DNA of 64,000 bases from the human T2T-CHM13v2.0 reference genome, Homo sapiens. A program made the translations under genes and the position numbers. Below the pieces are notes generated by a model. That model searched no databases and had not been told where the DNA came from. It worked only from the letters and a program-made list of their open reading frames with translations. The DNA lies in assembly GCF_009914755.1 (NCBI RefSeq), contig NC_060948.1. One strand, 5' to 3'. This document shows, in pieces, positions 40,339 to 53,535 of this stretch. Each line of letters begins with the position of its first letter. The stretch's first letter is position 1.

Positions 40339-41536
40339 TTTCCAACCAGATAAATCAAAAGAAAGTTTTAACTTTGTGAGACAAATCCACACATCAGAAA
40401 GCAATTTCACAGACAGTTTCTTTCTAATTTTTTGCTGGGGATGTTGGGTTTTTCCACATAGGCCTGAATGGACTCCCAAATGTCCCTATGCAGATTCTCC
40501 AAAAAGAGTGTTTTTAATCTGCTGAATCCAAAGAAAGGTTTAACTCTGTGAGATAAATCCACACATGAACAAAAGCAGTTTCACAGATAGCTTCTTTCTA
40601 GTTTTTACCTGAGGATATTTGTTTTTTTCTCAGTAGACCTTAATGGGCTGCCAAAAATCCCTTCATAGATTCTCCAAAAACAGTGTTTTTAACCTGCTGA
40701 ATCGAAAGAAAGATTTGACTCTATGAGATGAATCCACACATCACAAAGCTGTTGCACAGATTCTTTCTAGTTTTTCCTGTGGAAATTCAGTTTCTTCTCA
40801 TGGGCCTCAATGGGCTCCCAAAAATCCCTTTGCAGATTCTCCAAAAAGAGGGTTTCCAACTTGCTAAATCTAAAGAAACGTTTAATTCAGTAAGATGAAT
40901 CCACACATCATAAAGAAGTTTCATAGAAAGTTTTTTCTAGTTTTTACCTGGGGATATTGGGTTTTTCCCTGTATGCCTCAATGGGCTCCAAATGTCCCTT
41001 TGCAAATTTTCCAAAAAGATTTTTTCCAACCTGTTGAATCAAAGAAAACGCCTAACTCTGTGAGAAGAATCGACAAACCACAAAGTAGTTTTACAGATAG
41101 CTTCTTTCTGGTTTTTACCTGACAATATTTGGTTTTTCACATTGGCCTCAATGGGCTTCCAAACGTCCCTTTGCAGATCCTCCATAAAGAGTGTTTCAAC
41201 CTGCTGAGTCAAAAAACAGGTTTATCTCTATGAGATGAATCCACACATGGCAAAGCAGTTTCACAGATACCTTCTTTCTAGTTTTTTACCTAGGGATTTT
41301 TGGATTTTCCCCATAGGCTTCAATGGGCTCACAAATATCCCTTAGCAGAATCTCTAAAAAAGAGTGTTTCCAAACTGCTGAATCAAAGGAAACTTTTAAC
41401 CCTGTGAGATGAATCTACACATCACAAATGAGTTTCACAGACAGCTTTTTTCTTGTTTTTACCTGGGAATATTCAGTTTTTCCACATGGGCCTCAATGGG
41501 CTCCTAAATATCCCTTTGCATATACTCCAACAAGAC

Positions 41537-41846
41537 ATTTTCTTTTCTTTTTTTTTTTTTTTTGGAGGTGGAGTCTTGCTCTGTCACCCAGGCTGGAGTG
41601 CAGTGGTGCAATTTCCCACTCACTGCAAGCTCCACCTCCTGGTTACATGCCATTCTCCTGCCTCAGACTCCCAAGTAGCTGGGACTACAGGCACCCACCA
41701 CTATTTCTGGCTAAAATTTTTGTATTTTTATTAGAGATGGGGTGTCACCATGTTATCCAGGACTGTGTCGATCTCCTGACCTTGTGATCCACCTGCCTCA
41801 GCCTCCCAAAGTCCTGGGATTAGAGGCATGAGCCACCCCACCTGGC
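41537..41846 (-). mobile_element. Alu (AluY-like) inserted in alpha satellite
   Basis: GCAAGCTCC, CCATTCTCC and GTCGATCTCCTGACCTTGTGATCC diagnostics. Confidence 0.92.
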
Positions 41847-44800
41847 TGAGATTTTCTAACTTGCTGAATCAAAAGAAAGGTTTAATTCTGAGATGAATCC
41901 ACAAATCACAAAGCAGTTTCACACATAGCTTCTTTCAAGTTTTTACCTGAGAACATTCTGACTTTCCCCATGATCTTTAATGGGATCTAAAATGTCGCTT
42001 CACAGATTCTCCAAAAAAAAAAAAAAAAAAAAAAAAAAGTGTTTTCAACCTGTCCAATCAAAAGAAAGGATTAACTCTGTTTGCTGAATCTGCAAATCAC
42101 AAAGCAGTTTCACAGACAGCTTCTTTCTAGTTTTTATCATTGGATATTCCATTTTTCCCCATTGGCCTCAATGGACTTCCAAATGTCCCTTCACAGATAC
42201 TCCAAAAAGAGTGTTTCCAACCTGCTGAATCCAAAGAAAGTTTTAACTCTGTGAGATGAATCCACATATCACAAGGTTGTTTGACAGACAGCTTGTTTTG
42301 TTTCTACCTGGGTACATTCTGTTTTTCCACATGGGCCCCTAGGGCTCCTAAGTGTCCCTTTGTGGATTCCCCAAAAAGAGTGTTTCCATCCTGCTGAATC
42401 AAAAGAAAGTTTTAACTCTGTTAGATGAATCCACACATCACAAAGCAGTTTCATAGATACCTTCCTTCGAGTTTTTGCCTGGGGATATTTTGTTTTTCTC
42501 CATGGGCCTGAATGAGCTCCCAAATATCCCTTCGTAGATTCTCCAAAAAACATGTTTCCAACCTGCTGAATCAAAAGAAAGATTTAACTCTGTGAGATGA
42601 TCCACACCTCATGAAGCCGTTTCTCATACATCTTATTTCCAATTTTTATCTGTGATATTCAGTTTTTCCTCTAGGCTTCAATGGGGTTCCAAATGTCCCT
42701 AAACAGATTTCCCAAAAAGAGTGTTTCCAACCTGCTGAATAGAAAGGACGTTTTACCTCTGTTAAATGAATCCACACATCACAAAGTAGTTTTACAGATA
42801 TTCTTCCTAGTATTTACCTAGGGATATTCAGTTTTTCCCCATAAGATTCAATGGGCTCCCGAATGTTCCATTGTAGATTCTCCAGAAAGAGTGTCTTTTA
42901 CCTGCTGACTCAAAAGAAATGTTTATCTCTGTGAGATGAATCCACACATCACAAAGCAGGTTCTTTGATAGCTTTTTTCTATTTTTTACCTGGGGATATT
43001 GTGTTTTTCCCCATAATCTTCAATGGGTTCCCAAAGTCTCTTCTCAGATTCTCAAAAAGAGTGTTTCCAAATTGCTGAATTGAAAGAAACGTTTAACACT
43101 GAGAAATGAAGCACACATCACAAAGCAGTCATACTGATAGCTTCTTTCTAGTTGTTACCTGGGTATATTTTGTTTTTCCCCATGGGTCTCACTGTGCTTC
43201 CAAATTTTCTTTTACACATTCTCCAAAAAAAACTGCTTCCAACCTGCTGAATCAGAAGAAACGTCTAACTCTGCAAGATGACTCCACACATCACAAAGCA
43301 GTTTCACAGATATATTATTTCTAGGTTTGGGGAGGCATTGGGGTTTTCCTTATAGGCCTCTATGGGCTCCCAAATGTCTTTTCACAGATTCTCCGGAAAG
43401 CATGATTCCAACATCCTGAATCAAAAGAAATGTTTAACTCTGTGAAATGAATCCACATCAAATAAGGCAGTTTCACAGATACTTTCTTTCTAGTTTTTAC
43501 CTAAGGATATGCAGTTTTTCCCTTCACAGATTGCTCAAAAAGAGCATTTCCAATCTTTTGAATCAAAAGAAATGTTTCACTCTGTGAGATGAATCCACAC
43601 ATCATAAAGCAGTTTCACAGATAACTTCTTTCTAGTTTTTACCTACAGATATTCAGTTTTTCCCTGTTGGCCTCAATGGTCTTCCAAATGTCCCTTTGGG
43701 AATTTTCCAAAAAATGGGTGTCCAACCTGCTGAATCAAAAGAAATATTTAATTCTGTGAGATGAATCCAGACATCACAAAGCAGTTTCACAGACAGCTTC
43801 TTTCTAGTTTTTTCCTGGGGATATTCTGTTTTTCCCCATTGGCCTCAAAAGTCTCCAAAATGTTCCTTTGCAGATTCTCCAAAAATAATGTTTCCCACCT
43901 ACTGAATCAAAGCAAAATTTAACACTGTGAGATGAATCCACACAACATAAAGCAATTTCACAGGTAGATTCTTTCTAGCTTATATCTGCGGATATTCGAT
44001 TATTTATCTTAAGCCTCAAAGCGTTCCCAAATGTCCCCTCACAGGTCTCCCGAAAGAGTGTTTTCAACTTGCGGAGTTAAAGAAAGGTTTACCTCTGTGA
44101 GATGAATCCACACATCACAACACAGTTTCATATATAGCTTCTTTCCAATTTTGATATGGGGATATTTTGCTTTTACTCTAGGCTTCAATGGGCTTTCAAA
44201 TATCCCATCACAGATTCTCCAAATACAGTGTTTTTTAACTGCTGAATCAAAAGAAAGGTTTAACTCTGTGAGATCAATCTGTACATCACAAAGCAGTTTC
44301 ACCTACATTTCTTTTCCAATTTTTATCTGGGGATACGTAGTTTTTCACCTAGGCCTCAATGGGCTACCAAATGTTGCTTCACAGATCCTCCAAAAAGATT
44401 GTTTCCAATCCTATGAATCAAAAGGAAGATTTAACTATTTAGATGAATCCACACATCACAAAGCAGTTTCACAGATAGCTTCTTTCCAGTTTTTTTTTTT
44501 CTGAAGATATTCAGTTTTTCCCCATAGGCCTCAAAGGACTCCAAAATGTCCCTTCACTGATTCTCCAAAAAGAATGTTTCCAACCTGCTGTATCAAAGTA
44601 AGGTTTAACACTGTGAGATGAGTCTGCACATCACAAAGCAGTTTCACAGACAGCTACTTTCTAGTCCTCTAATGGGACATATTCATTTGGACCCCACAGG
44701 CCTAGATGAGCTTCCAAGTGTTCCATTGCACATTCCCCAAAAAGAGTGTTTCCAACCTGCTCAATCAAAAGAAATATTTAATTCTGTGAGATGAAACCAC

Positions 44801-47800
44801 ATATTACAAAGCAGTACACAGATAGCTTCTTTTTAGTTTTTACATGGTGACATTCAATTTATCCCCATGGGCCACAATGGTCTCCCAAATGTCCTTTTGC
44901 AGATTCTCCCAAAAGAGTTTTTCCAACCTGCTGGATCAGAAGTGTTTAATTCTGTGCAATGAATCCTAATGTCACAAAAAAAAAATCTTCACAGGAAGTT
45001 TCTTTCAAATTTTACCTGGAAATACTGTTTTTTTTTTTTCTCCTTATAGGTCTGAAACGGCTCCCAAATATCCCTTCACAGATCCTCCAGAGTGTTTCCA
45101 ACTTCCTGAATCAAAGGAAACATTTAACACTGCGAGATGAATCAACAAACTACAAAGCTGTTATACAGATAGCTTCTTTCCAGTTTTTACCTGGATACAT
45201 TCAGTTTTATTCTTGAGCCTCAATGGGCTCCCAACTCTCTCTTTGTATATTCTTCAAAAACAGTGATTTCAACCTGCTGAATCAAAAGAAAAGTTTAACT
45301 CTGTGAGATAATCCACACATCAAAAAGCAGTTTCACAGATAGTTTCTTTCTAGTATTTTACTGGGGGTACTCCTTCTAGTATTTTACTGGGGGTACTCCT
45401 TATTTCCACATGGGAAGCAATGGGCTCCAAAACGTCCCTTCACTGATTCTCCAGAAAGACTGCTTTCAACTGCTGAATCAAAAGAAAGTTTTAACTCTGT
45501 GAGATGAACCCACACATCAAAAAGAAATTTCACAGATAGATTCTTTCTTTTTCTGGCAATATTCAGTTACTTTCCATAGGCCCCAAAGGGCTCCCAAATG
45601 TCCCCCAGCACATTCTTCACAAAGAGAGTTTCCAACCTACTGAATCAAAATAAAGGTTTAACTCTGTGAGATGAATCCACATATCACAAAGCAGTTTCAT
45701 AGATAGCTTCTTTCTAGTTTTTAACTGGGAATTTTTTTTATTGGTCTCAATTGGCTCCAAAACGTCCTTTTGAGATTCTACCAAAAAAGTGTTTCCAACC
45801 TGCTGAATAAAGGGAAACGTTTAACTCTGTGAGGTGAATCCAAAAACTACAAAGCTGTTATACATATAGCTTCTTTCTAGGTTTTACATTGAGATGTTGT
45901 ACTTTTCACATTGGCCTCAATGGGCTCCCAAAAGTTTCTTTGCAGAACCCCCAAAAGAGCATTTCCAACCTGCTTAATCAAAAACAAACAAACAAAAGGT
46001 TTAACTCAGTGAGGTGAATGCACATTTCACAAAGCAGTTTCACAGATTGCTTCTTTCTAGTTTTTATCTGGTGATATTTGCTTTTTCACCATAGTCCTCA
46101 ATGAGATCCCAAATGTCCCTTTGCATATTCAACAAAGAGACTCTTTCCAATTGCTGAATGAAAAGAATGGCCTATCTCTGTGAGATGAATCCACACATCA
46201 TAAAGCAGTTACACAGATAGCTTCTCTTTAATTTTACCTGTGGATATTTTTTCCTATGTGCTTCATTGGGCTCCCAAATGTCCCTCTGCAGATTCTCCAA
46301 AAGGAGTGTTTCCAACCTGCTGAATCAAAAGGAAAGTTTAGCTCTGTGAGATGAATCCACACATCACAAAGCAGTTTCACAGATAGTTTATTTCTAGTTT
46401 TTACCTGAGGATATTAGGTTTTTCTTCATAGGCCTCAAGGGCCTTCCAAATGACCTTTCACAGACTGCCCAAAAAGAGTGTTTCCAATCTGCTGAATCAA
46501 AAGAAAGGTTTAACTCTTTGAGATGAACGCACATATCAAAAAGCAGTTTCACACATTGCTTCTTTTTAGTTTTTACTTGGCCATATTCATTTATTTAACA
46601 TGGCTGCAGTGGTCTCCCAAATGTCCCTTTGCAGCTTCTAGAAAAAGGGTATTTCCAACCTGCTGATTCAAAAGAAAAGTTTGTCTCTGCAATACTAACT
46701 CATGCATCACAGAGTAGTTTCACAGATAGATTCTTTCTAGTTTTCATCTGGATGTATTCCATTTTCTTCATAGGCCTGAATGGGATCCAAAATGTCCCTT
46801 CACAGATTTTACAAAAAGACTGATTGCAACCTGTGAAATGAAAAAAAAAAAAAAAGGTTTAACTATGGGAGATGAATGCACACATCCAAAAGCAGTTTCC
46901 CAGATAGCTTCTTTCCAGTTTTCCCCTAGGGATATTTGTTTTTTCCCTTAGTCCACAATTGGCTCCCAAATGTCCCTATGCAGATTCTCCAAAAAGAATG
47001 TTTCCAAACTGCTGAGTCAAAAGAAAGTTTCATCACTGTGAGATCAATCCACACATCACAAAGCAGTTTCACAGATAGCTTCTTTCTAGTTTTTCCCTGG
47101 AGGTATTCTGTTTTTCCACATTGGTCTCAATAGGATCTCAAATGTCTCTTGGCAAATTTTCCAAAATGAGTGTTTCCAACCTTTAAAATCAAAAGAAAGG
47201 TTTATCTCAGTGAGATTAATTGAGACATCACAAAGTAGTTTCACAGATAGCTTCTTTCTACTTTTTACCTGGGGATATTCAGTTATTCTGCATAGACCTC
47301 AATGGGTTTACAAATATCCTCTCACAGATTCTTAAAAAAAAGTTTCCAACGTGCTGAATCAAAGGAAGGTTTATCACTGTAAGATGAATCCACACATCAC
47401 AAAGCAGTTTCACGGATAGCTTCTTTATATTTTTTATCTGGGAATATTTGATTTGTTCCCTTGGGCTAAAATGGGCTCCCAAATGTTGGTTCAGACATTC
47501 TACAAAAACAGTTTTTCCAACCGGTGGAATCAAAAGAAACGTTTGAATCTGTGATATGAATCCACATATCACAAAGCAGTTACACAGAAAGCCTCTCTCT
47601 AGTTTTTACCTGGAAATATTCAGGTTTTCCACAGGAGCCTCCATGGGCTCCCAAATGTCTCCTGCAGATTCTCCAAAAAGAGTGTTTTCAACCTGCTGAA
47701 TCAAAAGAAAGGTTTAACCCTGTGAGATGAATCCTTGCAACACAGAGCATTTTCACAGATATCTTCTTCCTAATTTTTGTCTGGAAATATTCCTTTCTCT

Positions 47801-50800
47801 TCATATGCATGAAGGGGATCACAAATGTCCCTTTGCAGATTCACCAGAAAGAGTGATTGCAACCCGCTGAATCAAAAGAAAAGTTTACCTTTGTGAGATG
47901 AATGCACACAACACAAAACAGTTCCCCAGATAGCTTCTTTCTAGTTTTTACCTGGGGATATTCTGTTATTCCCCTAGGCCACAGTGGTCTCCCAAATGTC
48001 CCTTTGTAGATTCTCCCAAAATGTGTTTCCAACCTGCTGAATCAAAACAAAACGTTTAACTCTGTGAGATGAAACCACACATCACCAAGCAGTTGCACAA
48101 ATAGCTTCTTTCTAGTTTTTGCCTGTGGATATTTTGTTTTTATCCCTTTGGCATCAATGGACTCCCAAATATCCCTTTGTAGGTCTCCAGGAAGAGTGTT
48201 TCCATCCTGTTGAATCAAAAGAATCGTTTAACTCTGTAAGTTGAACCCACATATCACAAAGCAGTTTCACAGATAGCCTATTTCGAGTTTTTATCAGGAG
48301 ATATTTGGTGTATCTCCATGGACCTCAAAAGGCTTCCTAGAGTCCCTTTGCAGATTGTCCAAAAAGAATGTTTTGAACCTGCTGAATCTAAGAAAGTTTA
48401 ACCCTGTGAGAAGAATCCACACATCAGAAAGCAGTTTCACATGCAGCTTCTTCCCAGTATTTATTCTGGGTATTTGATTTTTTCCCTAGGCCTCAATAGG
48501 CTCCCAAATGTCCCTTAGCAGATTCTCTAAAAAGAGTGTTTCCAACCTGCTGCATCATAAGAAAGGTTTACCACTGTGAGTTGAATCCAAACATCACAAA
48601 GCAGTCTCACAGATAGCTCCTTTCCAGTTTTTATCTAAGGATATTTGTTTTTTTCTGCCTATGCCTCAAAGAGATCCCAAATGACCCTTCACACATACTC
48701 CAGAAAGAGAGTTTTCAACCTGCTGAATCAAAAGAATATTTAAACTCTGTGAGATGAATCCACACATCACAAAGCAGTTTCACAGATAGCTTCTTTCTAG
48801 TTTTTACCTGGGATTATTTGTTTTTTCCCCATAGACCTCAATGAACTCCCAAATGTCCCTTTGTAGATTCTCCAATAAGAATGTTTCCAAGCTGTTGAAT
48901 CAAAAGAAAGGTTTAACTCTGTGAGATGAATCCACAAGTCACAAGGCAGTTTCACAGATAGCTTCTTTCTAGTTTTTATCTGGGGATATGTATTTTTTCC
49001 CCTTGGGACTCACTGAGATCACAAATTTCCTTTGCAGATCTTCCAGAAAGACAGTTTCCAACCTGCTGAATCAAAGGAAACGTTTACCTCTCTTAGATGA
49101 ATCCACACATCACAAAGCAATTTCACAGATAGCTTCCTTCTAGTTTTTACCTGGAGATTTTTTTTTTTTTCTTACAGACCTCAATGGGCTCCCAAATGTC
49201 CCTTCAGAGATTCTCCAAGGAGAGTGTCTTTAACCTGCTGAATCAAAGGAAACGTTTGCCTCTGTGAGATGAATCCACAAAATACAAGGCTGTTATACAG
49301 ATAGCATCTTTCTAGATGTTACTAGGGGATATTCCTTTTCTTTTTTTTTTTCTCATTGTCCTCAATGGGCTCCTGAATGTCACTTCACAAATCCTCCAAA
49401 AGAAGTGTTTCCAAACTGCTGAAACTAAAGAAAGGGTTAACTCTGTGAGATGAATCCATAAATCACATAGCTGTTTCATGGACATTTTCTTTCTAGTTTT
49501 CACCAAGGAACATTCCACTCCCATGGGCTTCACCGAGATCCCAAATATTTTTTGGCAGATTCTCCAAAAAGGGAGTTTCCAACCTGCTGAATCAAAAGCA
49601 ATGTTTAACTCTGTGAGATGAATACAGGCATCACAAAGCAGTTTCACAGATAGCTTCTTTCTAGTTTTTTTTTTTTTTTCTGGGGATATTCAGTTTTTTT
49701 GCATGGGCCACAACTGGCTGTCAAAAGTCCCCTGGCAGATTCTCCAAAAAGAGTTGTTCCAACTGGCTGAATAAAAAGAAAAGTTTACCTCTATGAGATG
49801 AATCCAGACAACACAAAGTGTTTCACAGACAGCTAGCTTCTTTCTATTTTTTATCTGGGGATATTCCATATTTTCCCATGGGCCACAGTGGGCTCCCAAA
49901 TGTCCTTTCACTGATTCTTCTAAAGAGTGTTTTCAACCTACTGAATATAAAGAAATATTTAACTCTGTGAGATGAATCCACACATCACAAAGCAGTATCA
50001 CAGGTAGCTTTTTTCTAGTTTTATTTGGGGATAATTTTTTTCATGAGCATCAATGGACTCCCAATTATGCCTTAGCAGATTCTACAAAAACAGTGTTTCC
50101 ATCCAGCAGAAATAAAAAAAGGGTTAAACTCCGTGAGATGAACCCACACATCACAAAGCAGTTTTATGGACAGCATTTTTCTAGTTTTTATCAAGAGATA
50201 TTCTGTTTTTCCCCATGGGCCTCAATGGGCTCCCAAATATCACCTTGAAGATTCTTCCTAAAGAGTTTTTTCAACTGCTGAATTAAAAGAAACGTTTAAC
50301 TCTGTGAGATGAATGCATATGACACTGAGCAGTTTCACACATAGTTTCTATATAGTTTTTTCCTGGGGACATTCTGTTTTTTCCCCATAGCCCACAATGA
50401 GGTCCAAAATGTCCCTTCACCTATTCTCCAAAAAGAGTGTTTCAACCTGTTGTAACAAAAGGAAGGTTTAAGTTTGTCAGATGAATCCACACATCACAAA
50501 GCAGTTTCACAGAGAGCTTCTTTCTAATTTTACTTGGGGATATTCGTTTTTTTCTGATATGCCTCAATGGGCTCACAAATATGCCCTGGCAGATTCTCCA
50601 AAAAGAGTATTTCCAAGATACTGAATCAAAAGAAAGATTTCACTTTGTGAGGTGAATCCATGCATCACAAAGCAGTTTCACGGATATATTCTAGTTTTTA
50701 CCCTGAGATATTTAGTTTTTTCCCCATGGGCCTCAATGGTTTCCAAAATTTATCTTTGTAAATTTTCCAAGAGGAGTGTTTCCAACCTGCTGAATCAAAA

Positions 50801-53064
50801 GAAAGGTTTAACTCTGTGAGATGAATCCATACATCTCAAAGGCATTTCACAGATAGCATCTTTCTAGTTTTTGTCTGGAAATATTCAGTTTCTTTGATAG
50901 AGCATCAATAGGTTCCAAAATGTCCCTTCTCAGATTCTACATGCTGAATAAAAGGAAAGGTTTATTCATTTGAGATGAATCCGCAATCACAAAGCAGTTT
51001 TACAGTAACCTTCTTCCTAGTTTTTGTCTGTGGATATTCTGTTTTTCCTCATGGGCCTCACTTGGCTCCCAAATGTCCCTTTGCATATTCATCAAAAAGA
51101 GTGTTTCTAACCTGCTGAATAGGAAAAAAACGTTCAAACCTTTGAGATGAATCCACAAATTGCAAAGAAGTTTTACACATAGCCTGTTTCTAGTTTTAAT
51201 CTAAGAATATTTGAAATTTTCCATGGGCCTCAATGGGTTCTTGAATGTCCCTTTGGAGATTCTCCAAAAAAAGTGTCTTGAACCTGCTGAATCAAAAGAA
51301 AGATTTAACTCTGTGAGATAAATCCATACATCACAAACCAGTTTTACAGATAGCTTATTTGTGGGTTTTACAGGAAATATTCAGTTTTTTTGCATGGGTC
51401 CCACTGGGCTTCCAAATGTCCCTTTGCAGTTTCTCCAAAAAGGGTGTTTCCAATCTACTGAATCAAAAGAAAGGGTTAACACTGTGAGATGAATCTACAC
51501 ATCACAAAGCAGTTTCACAGAGAGCATCTTTCTAGTTTTTACTGTGAAATATTTAATTTTTCCCCATAGGCCTCAATGGGCTCCCAAATTTCCCTTCACA
51601 GATTCTCCAAAAAAAGTGTTTCCAAAGTGCTGTATCAAAAGAGAAATATAACACTATGAGATGAATCCACAGCTCACAAAGCAGTTTCACATATAGCTTC
51701 TTTCTAGTATTTTTCTGGGGATATTGAATTTTCCCCCCTGGGCCTTGATGAACTGCCAAATAAATGTCTCTTCAGGCATTCTTAAAGAAGAGTCTTTCCC
51801 ACCTGGTAAATCAAAAAAAAAAAAAAAACATTGAACTCTGTGAGATAAATCGGGACTTCCCAAAGCTGTTTCACAGATAGCTACTTTCTAGGTTTTACAT
51901 GCAGTTATTCAGTTTTTCCTCATGGGCCTCAATGGGCTACCAAATGTCCAGTTGCAGATTCACCAAAAAGAGTGTTTCTAACCTGCTGCATCAAAACAAG
52001 GTTCAAAGCTTTTAGATGAATCCACACATTGCAAAGCATTTTTCCGGATAGCTTGTTTCTAGTTTTGATCTAAATGTATTCCGTTTTTTTTCCCATGGGC
52101 CTCAATGGGATCCAAAATGTCCCTTTGCAGATTCTCCAAAAAAAAGTGTTTCCAACCTGATGAATCAAAAGTAATGTTTAACTCTGTGAGTTTAATCCTC
52201 ACTTCAAAAAGCAATTTCACAGATTTTTTTCTGTTTTTTACACAAGTTTACTGGGTTTTTCCCTGTGGGCCTCAATGGGTTCCCAACAGTCCCTTCACAG
52301 ATTCTCCAAAAAGAGTTTTTCCAACCTGCTGAATCAAAAGAAAGGTTTAATTCTCTGAGATGAATCCATACATTGCAAAGCAGTTTCACAGATAGCTTCT
52401 TTCTAGTTTTTACTTGAGATTTTTGTTTTTTTCCCAGTGGGCCTCAATGAACTCTCAAATGTCCCTTCCAGATTTTCCAAAGAGTATTGAAGCCTGCTGA
52501 ATCAAAAGAAAAATATAACTCTGTGAGATGAATCCACCCAGCACAAAGCAGTTTCACAGATAGCTTCTTATTTGTACATGGGGATATTTCTTTTTTCCCA
52601 TGGGCCACAATGGGCTACCAAATGTTTGTTGGTAGATTGTCCAAAAAGAGTGTTTGCAACCTGCTGAAACAAAAGAAATATTCAACACTGTGAGATGAAC
52701 CCACACATCACAAAGCAGTTTAACCGATATATTGTTTCTAGTTTTTGCCTGGAGATATTCAGTTTTTCTCCATGTGCCTCAAGGGGCATCAAAATGTCCT
52801 TTGCAGATGCTCAAAAAAGATTGTTTCCAACTTGCTGTATTAAAGGAAAGTTTTATCTCTGTAAGATGAATCCACACATCAGAAATCAGTTTCACATATA
52901 CTTTTTTTTCTGATTTTTACCTGGGAATATTTGGTTTTCCCCCAAAGGCCTCAATGGGGTCCCAAATATAAATTCACAGATTCTCCAAAAGGAGTGTTTC
53001 CAACCTACTGAATCAAAACAAAGATTTAGCTCTGTGAGATTAATCGATACATCACAAATCAGTT

Positions 53065-53535
53065 GGCCAATCCAATTGGATAGACATGGTATAAAATACT
53101 TAAAATTTCCAGATTTGATCCAAATTTAATTGTAGTTCCTTTAAACTGGTTTAAAGTTCAAGCCACCTTTCAACATTCCATTCTGTGGAAAATTCACTTG
53201 GTTGATTTCATTGGTATTATTGACAATCATTATCCAAAGAACAAATTGTTTGATTTTATAAAACTTACGTCTTCAGTGGTCCCTTGATTAAGCAAAAATC
53301 AGCCCATTCCTGGGGCCATCACAGTGTTCACTAATGGCTCCAGCAATGCAAATGCTGGTTATATAGGTCCTACAGACAAGCTTATTTCTACCCCTTATAC
53401 CACTACTCGAGAGGCAGAGTTAATTGCTGTAATTGTTGTCTTATAGGATTTCCCCAAGCCTTTAAATATTGTCTCTGATTCCATTTAACGTGGGAAAGAG
53501 GATATGCTTGTGTTTCACCAGGAGATCATCAAACG
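53065..53535 (+). pseudogene. pol: HERV-K11 (HML-8)-like pol remnant: connection/RNase H fused to integrase C-terminus
   Basis: Translates to FDPNLIVVPL, VFTNGSSN, AELIAV, NIVSDS, then jumps to TWERGYACVSPG. Confidence 0.82.

Noticed and set aside
42013-42038. Long poly-A within satellite as a possible tail-only insertion
   Set aside because: It sits exactly on the monomer's native A-run with phase preserved and no TSD; slippage is sufficient
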